Source: Sphyrna mokarran (Eukaryota). From it: a DNA stretch of 64,000 nt. Numbering within the stretch: position 1 is the stretch's first letter; every line of letters begins with the position of its first letter. Both the position numbers and the translations under genes were made by a program. The stretch lies in the NCBI GenBank assembly GCA_024679065.1, contig JAGIQG010000040.1, positions 12,152,001 through 12,216,000 on the forward strand, given 5' to 3'. Shown here piece after piece: positions 25,678 to 38,369 of this stretch. The notes beneath the pieces are model-generated. The model was not told the DNA's origin. It saw only the letters and a program-made list of their open reading frames with translations, and did no database searches.

Positions 25678-27040
25678 TGATCAGCAAGTTTGCAGACGAT
25701 ACAAAGATGGCTGGACTTGCGGATAGTGAGGAGCATTGTCAGGCGATGCAGCAGGACATAGATAGGCTGGTAGCTTAGGCAGACAGATGGCAGATGGAAT
25801 TTAATCCTGATAAATGCAAGGTGATGCATTTCAGGAGAAAGAATGTGTGGGGGGGAGGTATATGATAAAGGTTAGACCTATTAAGAGTACAGAAACGCAG
25901 AGGGACCTGGGGGTGCAGGTGAACAAGTCTCTGAAGGTGGCAGAGTAAGTGGAGGAGGTTGTGAAGAAAGCATATAGTATGTTAGCCTTTATAGGAAGGG
26001 GTATAGAGTACAAGAGCTGGCCTTTAATGTTGCAGTTGTATAAAACCTTGGTTAGACCTCATTTGGAATACTGCGTCCAGTTCTGGTCGCCTTACTACCG
26101 GAAGGACGTGGAGACTCTGGAGAGAGTGCAGAGGAGGTTTACCAGGATGCTGCGTGGTATGGAAGGTCTGAGTCACGAGGAAAGTTTAGGCAAATTGGGA
26201 CTGTTTTCCTTAGAAAGACGTAGACTTAGAGGAGATGTAATAGAGGTGTACAAGATTATGACGGGTATAGGTAGAGTAGACAGGGTTAAGCTTTTTCCTA
26301 GGAAGGACTCGAATAGCACGAGGGGTCACGGGCTTAGGGTGAGAGGGGTAAGGAATAATTTGGATACTGGAGGGAGCTTTTTCACACAGAGGGCAATGGG
26401 GGTATGGAATGCGCTGCCAAGTAAAGTGGGGGAGGCAGGCACTCTGGAGTTATTTAAGAAATACTTAGATGGGCACATGAACAGAATGGAAATGGACGGG
26501 TATAGAAAACTGATTTAAAATAGGGATTATGAATCTTGGGAAGTGTGTAAATAGATGATGATATTGATGTACTTGTTTTTATCCTATACGTGCTTTGGTT
26601 CACCTTGTTGTGTAACGAGGGGCATACAGCAATGGGTCGTGAGAGGGCTGCTCTTGGATTTTTTTCGTGAGTATCCTAGTGCTTCACGTCGTTAGTGCAC
26701 GTTTGACCTGGACCATTTGATGGGCAACACGACAGCTCAGTGGCTATTGCTGTGTTGTGCAGATACATGGATGTGGGCCTGTGTCTGTGGGAGTTTGTGC
26801 ATTCTCCCCGTGCTTGCGTGGGGTTTCTCCGGGTGCTCCAGTTTCCTCCCACATCCCAAAGATGTGCTTTTAGGCTAATTGGCGAAACAAATTCTCCCTA
26901 AATTGCCTCAAATTTGTTTTTTAATCCATAGATCTATAAACATAGACAGGGATCACGGTAGAGGTGGGAACATCGGGGTGACGGCACGGGCTCGTTGGGC
27001 CGAAGGGCCTGTTTCCCGTGCTGTTTTGTTCTTTGTTCTT
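25678..27040 (+). mobile_element. 5'-truncated CR1 LINE whose 3' region contains an HE1-like SINE body
   Basis: SKFADDTK...LYKTLVRPHLEYCVQFWSP...; ORF2 stop at 26518; SINE-like body from about 26780; (GTTCTTT)n tail; empty site in the left arm near 16725. Confidence 0.88.
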
Positions 27041-27347
27041 TGTAAGATACTATATTCAGGTAATATTCAGTCGTGGATTCGCTGGCGGGAGGGTACAGTT
27101 TCAAGTCATGTTGTTGACGCTGGATTGATAACGCAGAGAAGCAGGCTGAAGCTTTGAGAACCAGGGTTCGAATTCCAACACAGCAGGTTAACTGAATTCA
27201 AGGCAAAGTAGAATGACTGTGAGTGAGAATAGAAAATTTCAATTATGCAACATTTCCTCATTAGATCGAATATATTTTGACCATGTTTCTGCCAATTTTG
27301 AAGCGTCCGACCAGTATGTAAATATTGCTGCAGTGTTTTTTCACTAT

Positions 27348-27420
27348 GGGCCAGTGGCGCAATGGGTAACGCGTCTGACTACGCATCAAAAGATTCCAGG
27401 TTCGACTCCTGGTTGGCTCG
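27348..27420 (+). tRNA. tRNA-Arg(ACG), probable pseudogene
   Basis: Arg body with G37>C and an anticodon-stem mismatch (TCAAA versus TCAGA). Confidence 0.8.
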
Positions 27421-28089
27421 TTGTGTAATTTTCACATTAGTTCATAAACTCCATAGTATTGTTGATGAAAAGTATATTTCCACTAATTTTCAACCAATTC
27501 AAAGAAATGTTGACCAAATGCAGTCAGCTTCTATGAAGATATTTATCTTAGTTACTTATTTTTCAAAAACAATGTTGACTAAAAAGACTGAAATACTTTA
27601 AGTCCTTTTGAAAAAAAAAGATTTTTTAAAATGACAAATTCTCGTTAAAGTATTTGGGAAAAATACTTCAGCAAGTTTAAGTTACCTTCTAAAAAGTTGG
27701 AAATTTCTCGAAAAGAAATGGAAACTACATTTTTTTCAGAATGGTGAAAACTGTTCCTAAAAAAAAGTTGACGAAATCTGTTGAAGAATTTCTTTTAAAC
27801 ATGTTTAATTTTAAGAAGCAAAATACACAGAATTGTTTTTTTAAAAGTTTCAGTTAAAACAAATGGAGGAACTTTTTGGAGTAAATTTTATTTAAAAAAG
27901 TTCAAATTAGCCAGAAGTTTCTGGTCTGCGATGCTGGGATTCTTGTCCATTGGAGCGAAGGAAATTGAAGAGTGATTTAATCAAGGCGGACGAGATTAGG
28001 GCAAGTTTAGAAGAGGGGCGGCAATTTATAAGATTTGGGGCAAGGCGGGGGCATCACACATGCACACACACTTACTCTCTCTCTCTCCC

Positions 28090-28146
<57 letters not shown>

Positions 28147-28409
28147 CACACTTTCTCGATAATTGCCAGGCTCGAGTCGAATTGTTATTGTGTGACACCA
28201 ACCGCTTCTTTTCTTTTGCAACAGAGAAGTTAAAGAGCAGCGAATGCACGAAAAACACTGACGTTGCACGCAGCAGGCACCAGAGGATTATCATACTGTG
28301 CATTCTCATACCAATTGAACTGGCTGACAAATTATGCTCTCCTTTGGTGCTTTGTAATAAATTTAAACGAAACACTCTTCAGTAAATCAACCATCTGCAT
28401 ATGAAAACG

Positions 28410-28481
28410 AGGTCCCACCGAGATTTGAACTCGGATCATTGGGTTCAAAGTCCAGAATGCTCACCATTACACCACGGAACC
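28410..28481 (-). tRNA. tRNA-Gln(TTG), probable pseudogene
   Basis: Gln body with two anticodon-stem mismatches (CTGGA/CCCAA). Confidence 0.8.
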
Positions 28482-29795
28482 CAATACGCAGTAATAGCCT
28501 GAAAATCGTGATTCAATGTTTCTGCCACCATAAATAAGAAGAGAGAAATGTGAGTCCCGTTAAACAATCCCGTCAATGACCAACACCAATTCATACTTAC
28601 ATTGCCCTTGCTGGCTTCTCTTGTAAAAACTGAGTAAGTTGCCTTCAACTGCATTAAATTTCACTGTAGCTGCCCACATTCAAAAAGCAATGTTAGCAGA
28701 GAACTGATCTGGACCTTACTGTGGTAAATCTATTGACCAACATCAGCTTATCACAGCTCTGCTTTCATCACACTGTCCCTTACATTTATTTTCACCTGGA
28801 ATTTGCATATTTTGATCTCTTAATACGCAGCCAGCAGCTCCCTTCTTAGCCATGATCATCACCATTTATTTTTTATTATTGATGTGAAATATTTGTCGTC
28901 ACTCCTTTATTCACTGTTCTGACCAATGAAACAAGTATACTGAATGTCTTCTTCACCACTGTAGCCACCTGTGACTCCACTTTCAAGGAGCTATGAACCT
29001 GTACTCTCCCAGATTTCTTGGTTCTTTAACTGTCCCCAATACCTCAGCATTAACTAATTGCTGTCCTGGTTCAGTCTATCAAATGCATCACCTCGCATTT
29101 ATCCAAATTCAACTCCATCTGCCTTTCATTAACCCACTGGCCCAATTGATCAAGATCCCTTTACAATCCGAGATAACTTTTTTTTCACTATCCACTATGC
29201 CACCAATCTTGGTGTCATTTGCAAACTTACTAACCACTCCTCCTAAATTCTCATCCAAATCATTAATATAAATGACAAATCACAATGGATCCACCCATGG
29301 TGTTAGAAATCACAAGTTATTTTCTCCAAGATTTTGGGTTCAGACTTTCCCCACTTTTTCACTGATGCGATGCTGACAGCTCTACATTTCCAGGTTTAAA
29401 ATGTTCTCCCAGGTTAGGGGAACATTTGCATAATGTGTTTCTTTTTTTTTTGTCACAATCCTATCTCCCAGCAGCATTGAAAGATACTGGTCAATCCTTC
29501 CGATTTTTTTTCCCCAAAATTCCTTCTGTCTGGAACGCTTACACAAACCCTGACTTTTTTTGTGATGCATTTACAAAAAATATTTTGGATGGAAAATATT
29601 AACCTGTTTGTTCAGTGACTGTAATTAATGTCGGAATTAATTCAACAGTAGTAATCGTGTCTCTGGAGCATTCCCATCCATGCTTCATAAAGGAGTTATG
29701 GACGGTGTCAGTGGGAGCGTCACAGTGATAAGCAACTCCACAGAGAAGGAGTCGAGGTATCGAAGTTGGGAGAAAGAAATTGCAAGCTTTCGGAA

Positions 29796-32700
29796 ATGGA
29801 TCTGAATCCACAAAAAGTAGATCTGGATGTTCCCACAATGGTTCAGCATCTGAGGGACACAGATCAGAATGTTACAACAATTGAGAGGAGTTTATCTTCG
29901 ATACTTCACATTCTTTCTCAAGATTGGCTGTCTACAACTGAGCGTGTTGGATATGTACTGAAACTGGTTCGATACTTTTACTATCCAATCCTGGCTATTG
30001 TTGGTGTCCCTGGTAAGTATCTCCACTGATTATTAATGGTGTCGACTGTATTTAACTCTGCCACTCTTGCCGTCTGCTCTACCCTGTTTGCTACTGTTGC
30101 TTATGGTCTGCGTCCTTATTGAGTTATCACATGTACAAAGCGCTGATCACTGTCCTAATGATGCCTGTGTTGTGCAGTTGAGTTTGTAAAGATGGAAAAG
30201 ATGTTTAGAAAGATGAAAAAGAATTGTGAAAACCGATAGGAAGGGGAAAAGTATGCGATCTCTTTAAAATTTTGTTTTTGTTTGACGCTGAGATGTTTAA
30301 ATTGCAGAGTACACAGAAACTTTAAGTTGCAACATTTATTCCAGGGGCCAAAAACAAAGGAGTTGCCTTGGTAACCGGCATGGTATGTTTTGCATTGTGG
30401 TCAGCACAGTACGAAGTCACACAACACCACTGTAGTCCAACAGATTTATTTGGCACCTTTGGCTTTTGGAATGTTGTTCTTTCTTCAGGCGAGTGAGGAG
30501 TTGTGTTCAAAAATAGGACATATAAAGACACAAACTCAATTAACAAAATAATGGTTCGAATGTGAGTCTTTACAGGTAAGCAAGTCTGAAAGATACAGAC
30601 AATGTGAGTGGAGAGAGGGTTAAGCACACGTTAAAGAGGTGTGTATTGTCTCCAGCCAGGGCAGTTAGTGAAATTTTTGCAAGTCCAGGCAAGTCGTGGG
30701 AATTACAGATAACGTAACTTAAACCCAAGATCAGGGTTGAGGCTGTCTTCATGTGTGCGGAACTTGGCTATCAGTCTCTGTTCAATGATTCTGCACTGCC
30801 GTGTGTCTTGAATGCCTCTTTAAAGAATGCTTACCTGAAGATCTGAGGCCGAATGCCAGTGACTGCTGAAGTATTCCCCAACTGGAAGAGAACGCTCCTG
30901 GTGATCGACAAACCTGGGTTTGCAAAATCTCACTAACTGTCCTGACTGGAGACAATACAAAACTCTTTAACCTGCACTTGGTGCTCTCTCCAATCACATT
31001 GTCTGTATCTTTAAGGCTTGATTACCTATAAAGACTCACATTCCAATTATTATTTTGTAAATTGAATTTGTGTCTTTATATGCCTTGTTTGTGAACAGAA
31101 CTTCCACTCACCTGATGAAGGAGCAGCGCTCGAAAAGCTTCTGCTGCCAAATAAATCTGTTGCATTTTAACCTGGTGTTGTGAGATTTCTTACTGTACTT
31201 ATCACAGTCCAATGCCAGCATCTCCACATCTTGGTTTTGCATTGTGCCAGCCCATGAATTTAAATAAAACACACAGCTAAGGGGACCTATTTGAAGTTAT
31301 TGTTGCCAACCTCAAGCCAGTCTGAGTCCGGGGTTGTTGATGGGTCATTAAGATTATATTTAAAAAACGCAACTGCCTTCAGGGCAGATCCATCAGTGCT
31401 TGAGCCAGGAGTACAACCAGAAGCAGGGCCCGATCACCTGAAACAGTTAGATTTAAGACAGACATGGGGAGAAATCACTTCTCTCAATGAGTGATGAATC
31501 TGTTGAATTCATTACCTGAGAGTGTGGTGGATGTTAGGACTTGATGAACTCGAGGAGACAGAGTTTTGAATAGTGATAGATTAGAGCATGGGCTGGGGGT
31601 GCGGCTTGTGGGGAGAGGATGCTTGGTAATGGAAAGGGGGAAGAGTGGATTGGGTAGTATTGTACTTGTTGTGCCTCTGATAGTTAAGGGTTCACTTGGC
31701 AATTGTCCAGAAGGCCTATTCCACTGGAGAATTCTGCTGTGCCTGCTACCACCCGGCCAACTTACATCAGATCATAGATTCACTAAAACAAAATAGTGGG
31801 GAAAACTCTGGTGACTTTGGATTTTATTTTAAAGGTGCAGACCATGCCCCTATGGGACAGCGCCACACGCCCTAACCTCCCCCCATCCCCACACTACTCC
31901 CCTCCCCCATCCTCAGTATTCTGTGCACATTCAGTAGAAGGGATTCTTTAGTTCCTGACAATGAAATGAAACAAAACTTTTTTCCAACTTGTAAAACAAA
32001 TAAAAAGCTTTAATAAAGAAACTTCATAACTCTTACTCGAGGCCTCACCCTGGGTCAGTCCAAACTCCCACAAACACCAGCAGCTTCCGACTGAAATTGA
32101 GTCATCTGATCACCACACCATTTTCTCATTGGTCAGATAGCTTACAGCTTGTTCCCATTGGCCACTGTAACACATCTAATGTGATTCCTTTGGTTGTTAC
32201 ATTGGTTCCATTCTAACATTCCACTCAAACCCGCCTCCTCCTCAATCTGATCCCTGACAACGCAACCAACCCAAACCCATCACTTTCCAGTCACTTTCCA
32301 GTTATTATGCTCCCACCAGTTTACCAGATTCTCCGTCTCTTCCCTGTTCCTGTTGTCAACATTGTTTGAGATCTGACCCACTGCAGTGGTGTCATCAGCA
32401 AACTTGGATATCACGTTGGAGGGGAATTTGGTCATACAGTCATCGGTCTATAAGGAGTATAGTAAGGGGCTGAGGACACCGTGTTGTGGGACACCGCTTA
32501 TGAAAATGATTGTGGAGGAGGTGTTTTGACTGTCCTTATTTATTGCTGTCTGTCAGGATCAAATTGCAGTGGGATGAGCATAGCCCCCAGGCCACTGACT
32601 TTGTACATGAGTTTCATTGGATTAATGTTGTTAATGGTTGAGCTGTGCTCGATAAATAAGAGTCAGTGTCACATTGTTGACTGTAGGTCCAGGGCGATGG

Positions 32701-35645
32701 TATCGGTGGATTGTTGCAGAGACAGGTGAACTGTAGTGAATCCAGGCAATCTGGGAGGCTGGAACTGATTCATGTCATAACTATTCTTTTGCTGCATCAC
32801 ATGATATTGGACAAATGTGTCAGTGAACAATATTCATTAAGGCAGGCTGATTGGTTTTCCTTTGGTAGTGGCCTTGGTTTGAGTTTTTCTTACTTGGTGC
32901 ATCGATCAACAACTTTCCTACTGAGAGAAGACTCACTGAGCTTCATGGTCCAGCAGGTCATAGTGGACCAGCTGCAAATACACTGGGCACAATGGCTTGT
33001 GCTAAACACTGAACCCTGAAGCATTGAAAGCAAACCCTGATAGTTGTGCTCTGCGTCATTCGAGTGTGAGATTACTGTTTCTTCCTGTGTTATGCGAACA
33101 GCAGCCACAACTCTGTGGTCTCCTCTCCAGAGTACAGGCTTTTGTAAGTATAATAGAGATTCTGAGCTGTCAAGGCATTAGGATTTCTCTCTCTCTCTGC
33201 CAACTGCTGTTAGATTCCAGAGGAATGGGAGAAATCAACACTGTTTGGTACGAGCTCTGCTGCAGGGATTGTCAATAAGCTGTCTGAAAAGTGACAGATT
33301 ACTACCTACAGGATTTCACAGGATTTTTTTTTTGTCAGGGTTACCCCCAAAATCTTCTCACTCTCCAAATCCCCCACCAAGTAGAGAGACTATTTACCTG
33401 TAGCTGAGTGAGGGTCAATGTTGAGGACCCCTGGAAAACTCTTTCCAAAATAGCATGGAGCAGCACGGTGGCACAGTAGTTAGCACTACTGACTCACAGC
33501 ATCAGGGACCTGGCTTCAATCCTAGGCTTGGGTCATTGTCTGTGGAGAGTTTGGACATTCTTCCCGTGTTTGGGTGGATTTCCTCCAAATGTTACACTTT
33601 CCTCTCATGATTCAAAAGATGCACCGGATGATTAAAAACAAGGGGCCTGTTCTGGAACTCTTGCTGTTTGTAATTTTTCTAAATGGCCAGGACAAGGAAT
33701 TGGAGGGATGGGTTAGTAAGTTTGCCGATGACACTATGGTTGGTGATGTTGTGGATAGTCTGTAGGGATGTCAGAGGTTGAACGTGACATAGATAGAATG
33801 CATGATTGGTCGGAGAACTGGCAGGTGGACTTCAACCCGAACAAATGTGTAGAAGTCCATTTCGGCGGATCCAATGGGATGAAGGAATATAATATCAAGG
33901 GTAAGCCTCTTAGCAATGTCGAGGTTTAGAAAGACCTTGGGGTCCGGGTCCATAGGGCTCTTACATCAGCATCGCAGGTGGAGGGTGTGGTCAAGAAGGC
34001 AGATAGTGTACTGGCCTTCATCAATCAAGGAATTGAGTTTAGAAGTCAGGAGATAAGGCTGCAGCTTTATAAGACTGTAGTCACACCCCACTTGGAGTGC
34101 CGTGAGCAGTTCTGGTCGCCTCTTTACAGGAAAGATGTGGAAGCTTTTGAAAGGGTGCAGAGAAGATTTACAAGGATGTTGCCAGGATTGGGTGGCATGC
34201 CTAATGAGGGTAGGTTGAGGGGGCTCGGTCTTTTCTGCCTGGAGAGACGAAGGATGAGAGGTGACCTGATAGAGTTTTATAAAATGTTGAGAGGTATAGA
34301 TAGGGAGGATTCACAGGCTATTCCCCAGGGCTGAAATAGTCGCTGTGAGAAGATTCAGGTTTAAGGTGCTGGGGAGTAAGTACATTGGAGATGTCAGGGG
34401 TAGGTTTTTCACTCAGAGGGCGGTGGGTAAGGGAATCAGCTGCCATCAGTAGTAGTGGTGGCGACCTCTTTGGGGTCTTCCAAGAGACATTTGGATGTGT
34501 ACATGGGATTTAATGGGATTGAGGTTTATCGGTAGACCTAGTAGGTAGGGATAGAATCAGTGCAACTGTGGGCCAAAGGACCTGTTTGTGCTGTAGTGTC
34601 CTATGATCTATGTTCTATCAAAAGAGATTTAAATGATTCAGTTTGTGTACTCATTTTTAAAATTTTTGTTCCATCTGCAGTTGAAATGGTGACTTATTCC
34701 CCTGAATCATATCTAATGTTGTTCTTCATTTTCTTCCTGATAGTGAATGTAATCACAATTGTGACATTGATGAGCAGAAACTGTGGTCTGTCCAGATGTG
34801 TCACTCGTTACCTGGTGGCCATGTCAGCGGGGGATCTGCTAGTTGTTATCCTCGACCTGATATTGAGACACATTCCCATCGTTTATTGGAGAAAGTTTTA
34901 TTTTCTGCTATCAGTCCCCGTGTGTAACATCCACGCTGTCCTGCTTTATGCAGCCACTGACTGTTCTGTCTGGTTCACTGTCACTTTCACCTTTGATCGA
35001 TTTGTGGCCATTTGCTGCCCCAAGCTGAAAAGTAAATATTGCACTGAGAAATCAGCGGCTGTGGTTCTGGGAACAGTGACGGCGCTGAGCTTTTTAAAGA
35101 ACATTTTCTGGTATTTTATGTTATTAAATCGCTATGAACTGGTGAACAACCCCTGGTTTTGTGGTTTCACATGGGAAGCTGCAGAATCTCCTGTCTGGGG
35201 AACAATCGAATTTCTCCACAACATTATAACCCCGTGTGTCCCATTTGCCCTGATTCTGCTGCTCAATGCTCTCACCATCAGGCACATTTTAGTGAGCAGC
35301 AGAGCCCGCAGGAGACTCCAGGCTCACAAAAATGGGGAGAATCCCAGAGATCCAGAGATGGAGAGTCGAAGGAAATCCATCATTTTACTGTTTGTTATCT
35401 CAGCCAATTTCATCGTCTTATGGTCGATATTAATGGTTTATTCAATATGGATTCGGATGTATAATTTGGGCTATCAGTCAATCAGGTTGCATCTTTTTGT
35501 AATGGAATTGGGCTTCATACTACAACTCACAAGTTGCTGCACAAACACTGTCATTTATGCTGTGACACAGACTCTCTTCAGACAGCAGCTAAAAGATCTA
35601 CTGCAATATCCCCTTACTGCTATTCTTCAACTCAAGACACCTTGA
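29796..35645 (+). CDS. Orphan class A GPCR, GPR139-like family, copy B; exon 1 29796-30012, exon 2 34744-35645; 372 aa
   Basis: Same exon lengths and phase as copy A; open 7TM frame with DRFVAICCP. Confidence 0.9.
30395..31235. mobile_element. Penelope-like element remnant (duplicate of 3440-4280)
   Basis: Collinear with 3440-4280. Confidence 0.7.
33463..33620 (+). mobile_element. HE1-like SINE (partial)
   Basis: GCACGGTGGCACAGTAGTTAGCACT head. Confidence 0.75.
33628..34617 (+). mobile_element. CR1 LINE 3' portion in the intron of GPCR copy B
   Basis: WVSKFADDT and LYKTVVTPHLE...QFWSP motifs; absent from copy A. Confidence 0.88.
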
Positions 35646-35660
35646 CAGGAAACTACAACC

Positions 35661-35976
35661 ACAAGACAGCTCAGTGACTATCGCTGTGCTGTGCAAATAC
35701 ATGGATTTGGGCCCGTGTCTGTGGGAGTTTGCACATTCTCCCCGTGTTACGTGGGTTTTCTCTAGGGGCTCCGGTTTCCTCCCACACCCCAACGATGTGC
35801 TCTTAGGCTGATTGGCAAAACAATTTCTCCCTAAATTGTCTTGCAAATTTAGTTCTGATACATAGATCTATAAATATAAACAGGGATCATGGGTAGAAGT
35901 GTGAACATTGAGGTGGCGGCGCGGACTCGTTGGGCCGAAGGGCCTGTTTCCCGTTCTGTTTTGTTCTTTGTTCTTT
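35661..35976 (+). mobile_element. Truncated retroposon 3' end just after the GPCR B stop codon
   Basis: Matches 26730-27040; absent from copy A. Confidence 0.8.
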
Positions 35977-35977
35977 A

Positions 35978-37370
35978 ACCCCTGACTATTTCTGTTGGGC
36001 ATTCATACGGTAAACAACAAAACACTCTCACAGAAACAGAAATAGTTATAGATAGGGACAGAGGGAGGAGAGTGTTAGAAACAATGTGAGTGATAGAGAG
36101 ATTGAGAGAGATTGGCAGAGAGAGGGAAAGGTACAAAAACAAGGATAACTTGATTTTGAAAGAATTTCTAACAGATACAGAGAAAGAAATAGACAGAGAG
36201 AAAGAACACAGACAGAGAGAGGTTCTCACAAAGCGAGAGAGAAAGGGATAAAGAGTGGAGAAAATGGTGAGGGTGATACACAGGGAACGAGAAAGGGAGA
36301 TAGAAAAAGACAGACTGGAGGTTGTTATAAGAGAGGGAAAGGGAGATGGAAGGAAGATAGGAGACAAAAAGTGAGGCAGAGGAAAATAGCCAGACACAGA
36401 TAGAAATAAAGATATCGAGATACGAAGTGGGAGAGAATGGGATAGAGTGAGACTGAATGAGTATAATGGAAACAAAAAGAACAAAAGACAGACAGAGAGA
36501 GAGAGGGGGGGAGGCACAGAAACACAAAAAAGAAGCAATACAATTCAACTCAATACACCCTGACAGGAAACAACAAATACAAAACTCCTGACTCTTTCTG
36601 TCGGGCATTCACGCTTAAACTCCAAAACACCCTCATAGAATCAGAAATAGTTACAGATAGAGAGGAAGAGGACAGTGTTAGCAACAGTGAGCGTGATAGA
36701 GAGAGAGAGAGAGAGAGACTGGCAGAGAGAGAGGGAAAGACACAAAGACATGGAAGACAGCAGAGTTTTAAAGAGTTTCTAACAGGTACAGGGAAAGAAA
36801 CAGACAGACAGAGAGAAAGAACAGAGACAGAGAGTGGCTCTCACAGAGTGAGAGATACAGGGATAAAGAGTGGAGAAAATGCCAACGTTGATATACAGGG
36901 AATGAGAAGGAAGACAGATTGGAAGTTGTAATAAGAGAGGAAAGGGAGATGAAGAGAAAACGGGAGACAAAAAGTGAGGCAGAGCGAAATAGCCAAAGAC
37001 AGAGAGAAACAGAGATATAGAGACAGAGAGCGGGAACAAAAGGGAAATAGTGAGAATGAATGGGTATAATAAAAACAAAAAAAAACAAGAGACAGAGCGA
37101 GAGAGGGGGGAAAGGGCGAGAGAGACAGACAGACAAATTAGTAAAAGGGGGCAGAGAGTGGGGGAATGAGAGTGAGACTGAGAGGGAGCAGGGGAGACAG
37201 AGGAACAGAGGAGAGAGAGGGGGAGTGGGGGGAAGGGAGACAGACAGAAAGATACAGAGAGAAACATCGAAAGAGAGACAGAGGCACAGGGAGAAACAAG
37301 GAAAGAGTGACAAAGAGAAAGAGAAAGACAGACAGACAGAAAGAAACACAGAAAGTGGCGCGGAGACATA
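35978..37370. repeat. GA-rich low-complexity tract, two tandem units of about 590 bp
   Basis: Unit start CCTGACT...GGGCATTCA repeats near 35980 and 36587. Confidence 0.75.
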
Positions 37371-38298
37371 TTTAATGATAACCATCAGGTGGAGTTATTG
37401 GAATATGAGTTCCCTGATTGAGAGTATTTAATGCTGTCCAATCCGGTGGCCCTGCAGGCTTTTATAACTTAGTGTGTCTTGGTTACGGGAACTCAGGGTG
37501 CGTACACTCAGGGTGCAGACTGGTAGTTTTATCACTAGATCAATAATACAAAAATTCAGCTAATGTTCTGGGCACCCGTGTTCCAATCCTATCTCGGCAG
37601 AATTTGAATAAATATATCTGGAATTCAGAATCCGCTGGTGACCATAAAACAACATTGTCAATTTTCAAAAAAAATTCTGGTTCGCCAATGTCCCAGGGAA
37701 GGGAATCTGTAGTCGTTCTGTGGTCAGGCCTAACCGTGATTCCAGGACGCTTAATTGCCTTCTGAACACGGGCAACTAGGCGGCCGAATTGCGAAGGCAG
37801 ATGCCTTGAGTTGGTTACAATTAACAGACACTTGTATTCCCAATGGAAGAGACGTTAATCATGAACTTTATCAAAAGTCTCCCAATGACAGCCAATAATA
37901 TTCAGCTATCGAGGGAAAAAATACCCAGTCCTGAATAAACTGAAGTAGCTAGTGCTGATGGGGGAATCCAAAAGGCTGTTACAGCCGGAATTGTACCGTA
38001 TTGGAGAGACAGAGAGCAGCTGACTGTGGAAGATGGCACACGCCTATGGGGTTCAAGAGTGTCATCCTGAGCCAGGTTTACCATCCCATCCTGGCTGAAA
38101 TTTATTTCGGAAGCTCTGCTTCTGTGTGTCTGTGCCTGTTTGTTTATCTGAATGTGTGTATTTAGCTGAGAGGCAGTGTGTGTGTGTATGTGTGTCTGAG
38201 TTTGTCTCAGCATTAGTGTCTCCTCTGTGTATCCGTGTTTCTGTGTCCTTGTTTGAGTGTTTTTATGTCTTTATATATTGTCTGAAAGTGCGTGCATA

Positions 38299-38338
<40 letters not shown>

Positions 38339-38369
38339 TGTATCAGCTTTTGTCTAAGAGAGTTTGCGA

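Larger units (their letters stand above)
24131..28515 (+). repeat. Right arm of inverted duplication, with a 1.36-kb retroposon insertion
   Basis: Reverse complement of 15457-18242 except for 25678-27040. Confidence 0.85.
26913..36420 (+). repeat. Direct segmental duplicate of about 1-7620 (tRNA-Arg, tRNA-Gln, GPCR unit)
   Basis: Collinear match at about 26.9 kb offset, with extra insertions in the second copy. Confidence 0.9.

Noticed and set aside
34560-34743. N-terminal extension of the 361-aa GPCR ORF
   Set aside because: It is intron and LINE tail sequence; the true N-terminus is exon 1 at 29796-30012
35975-37431. Long Ser/Leu/Phe-rich and Arg/Glu-rich ORFs
   Set aside because: Artefacts of GA/CT low-complexity sequence
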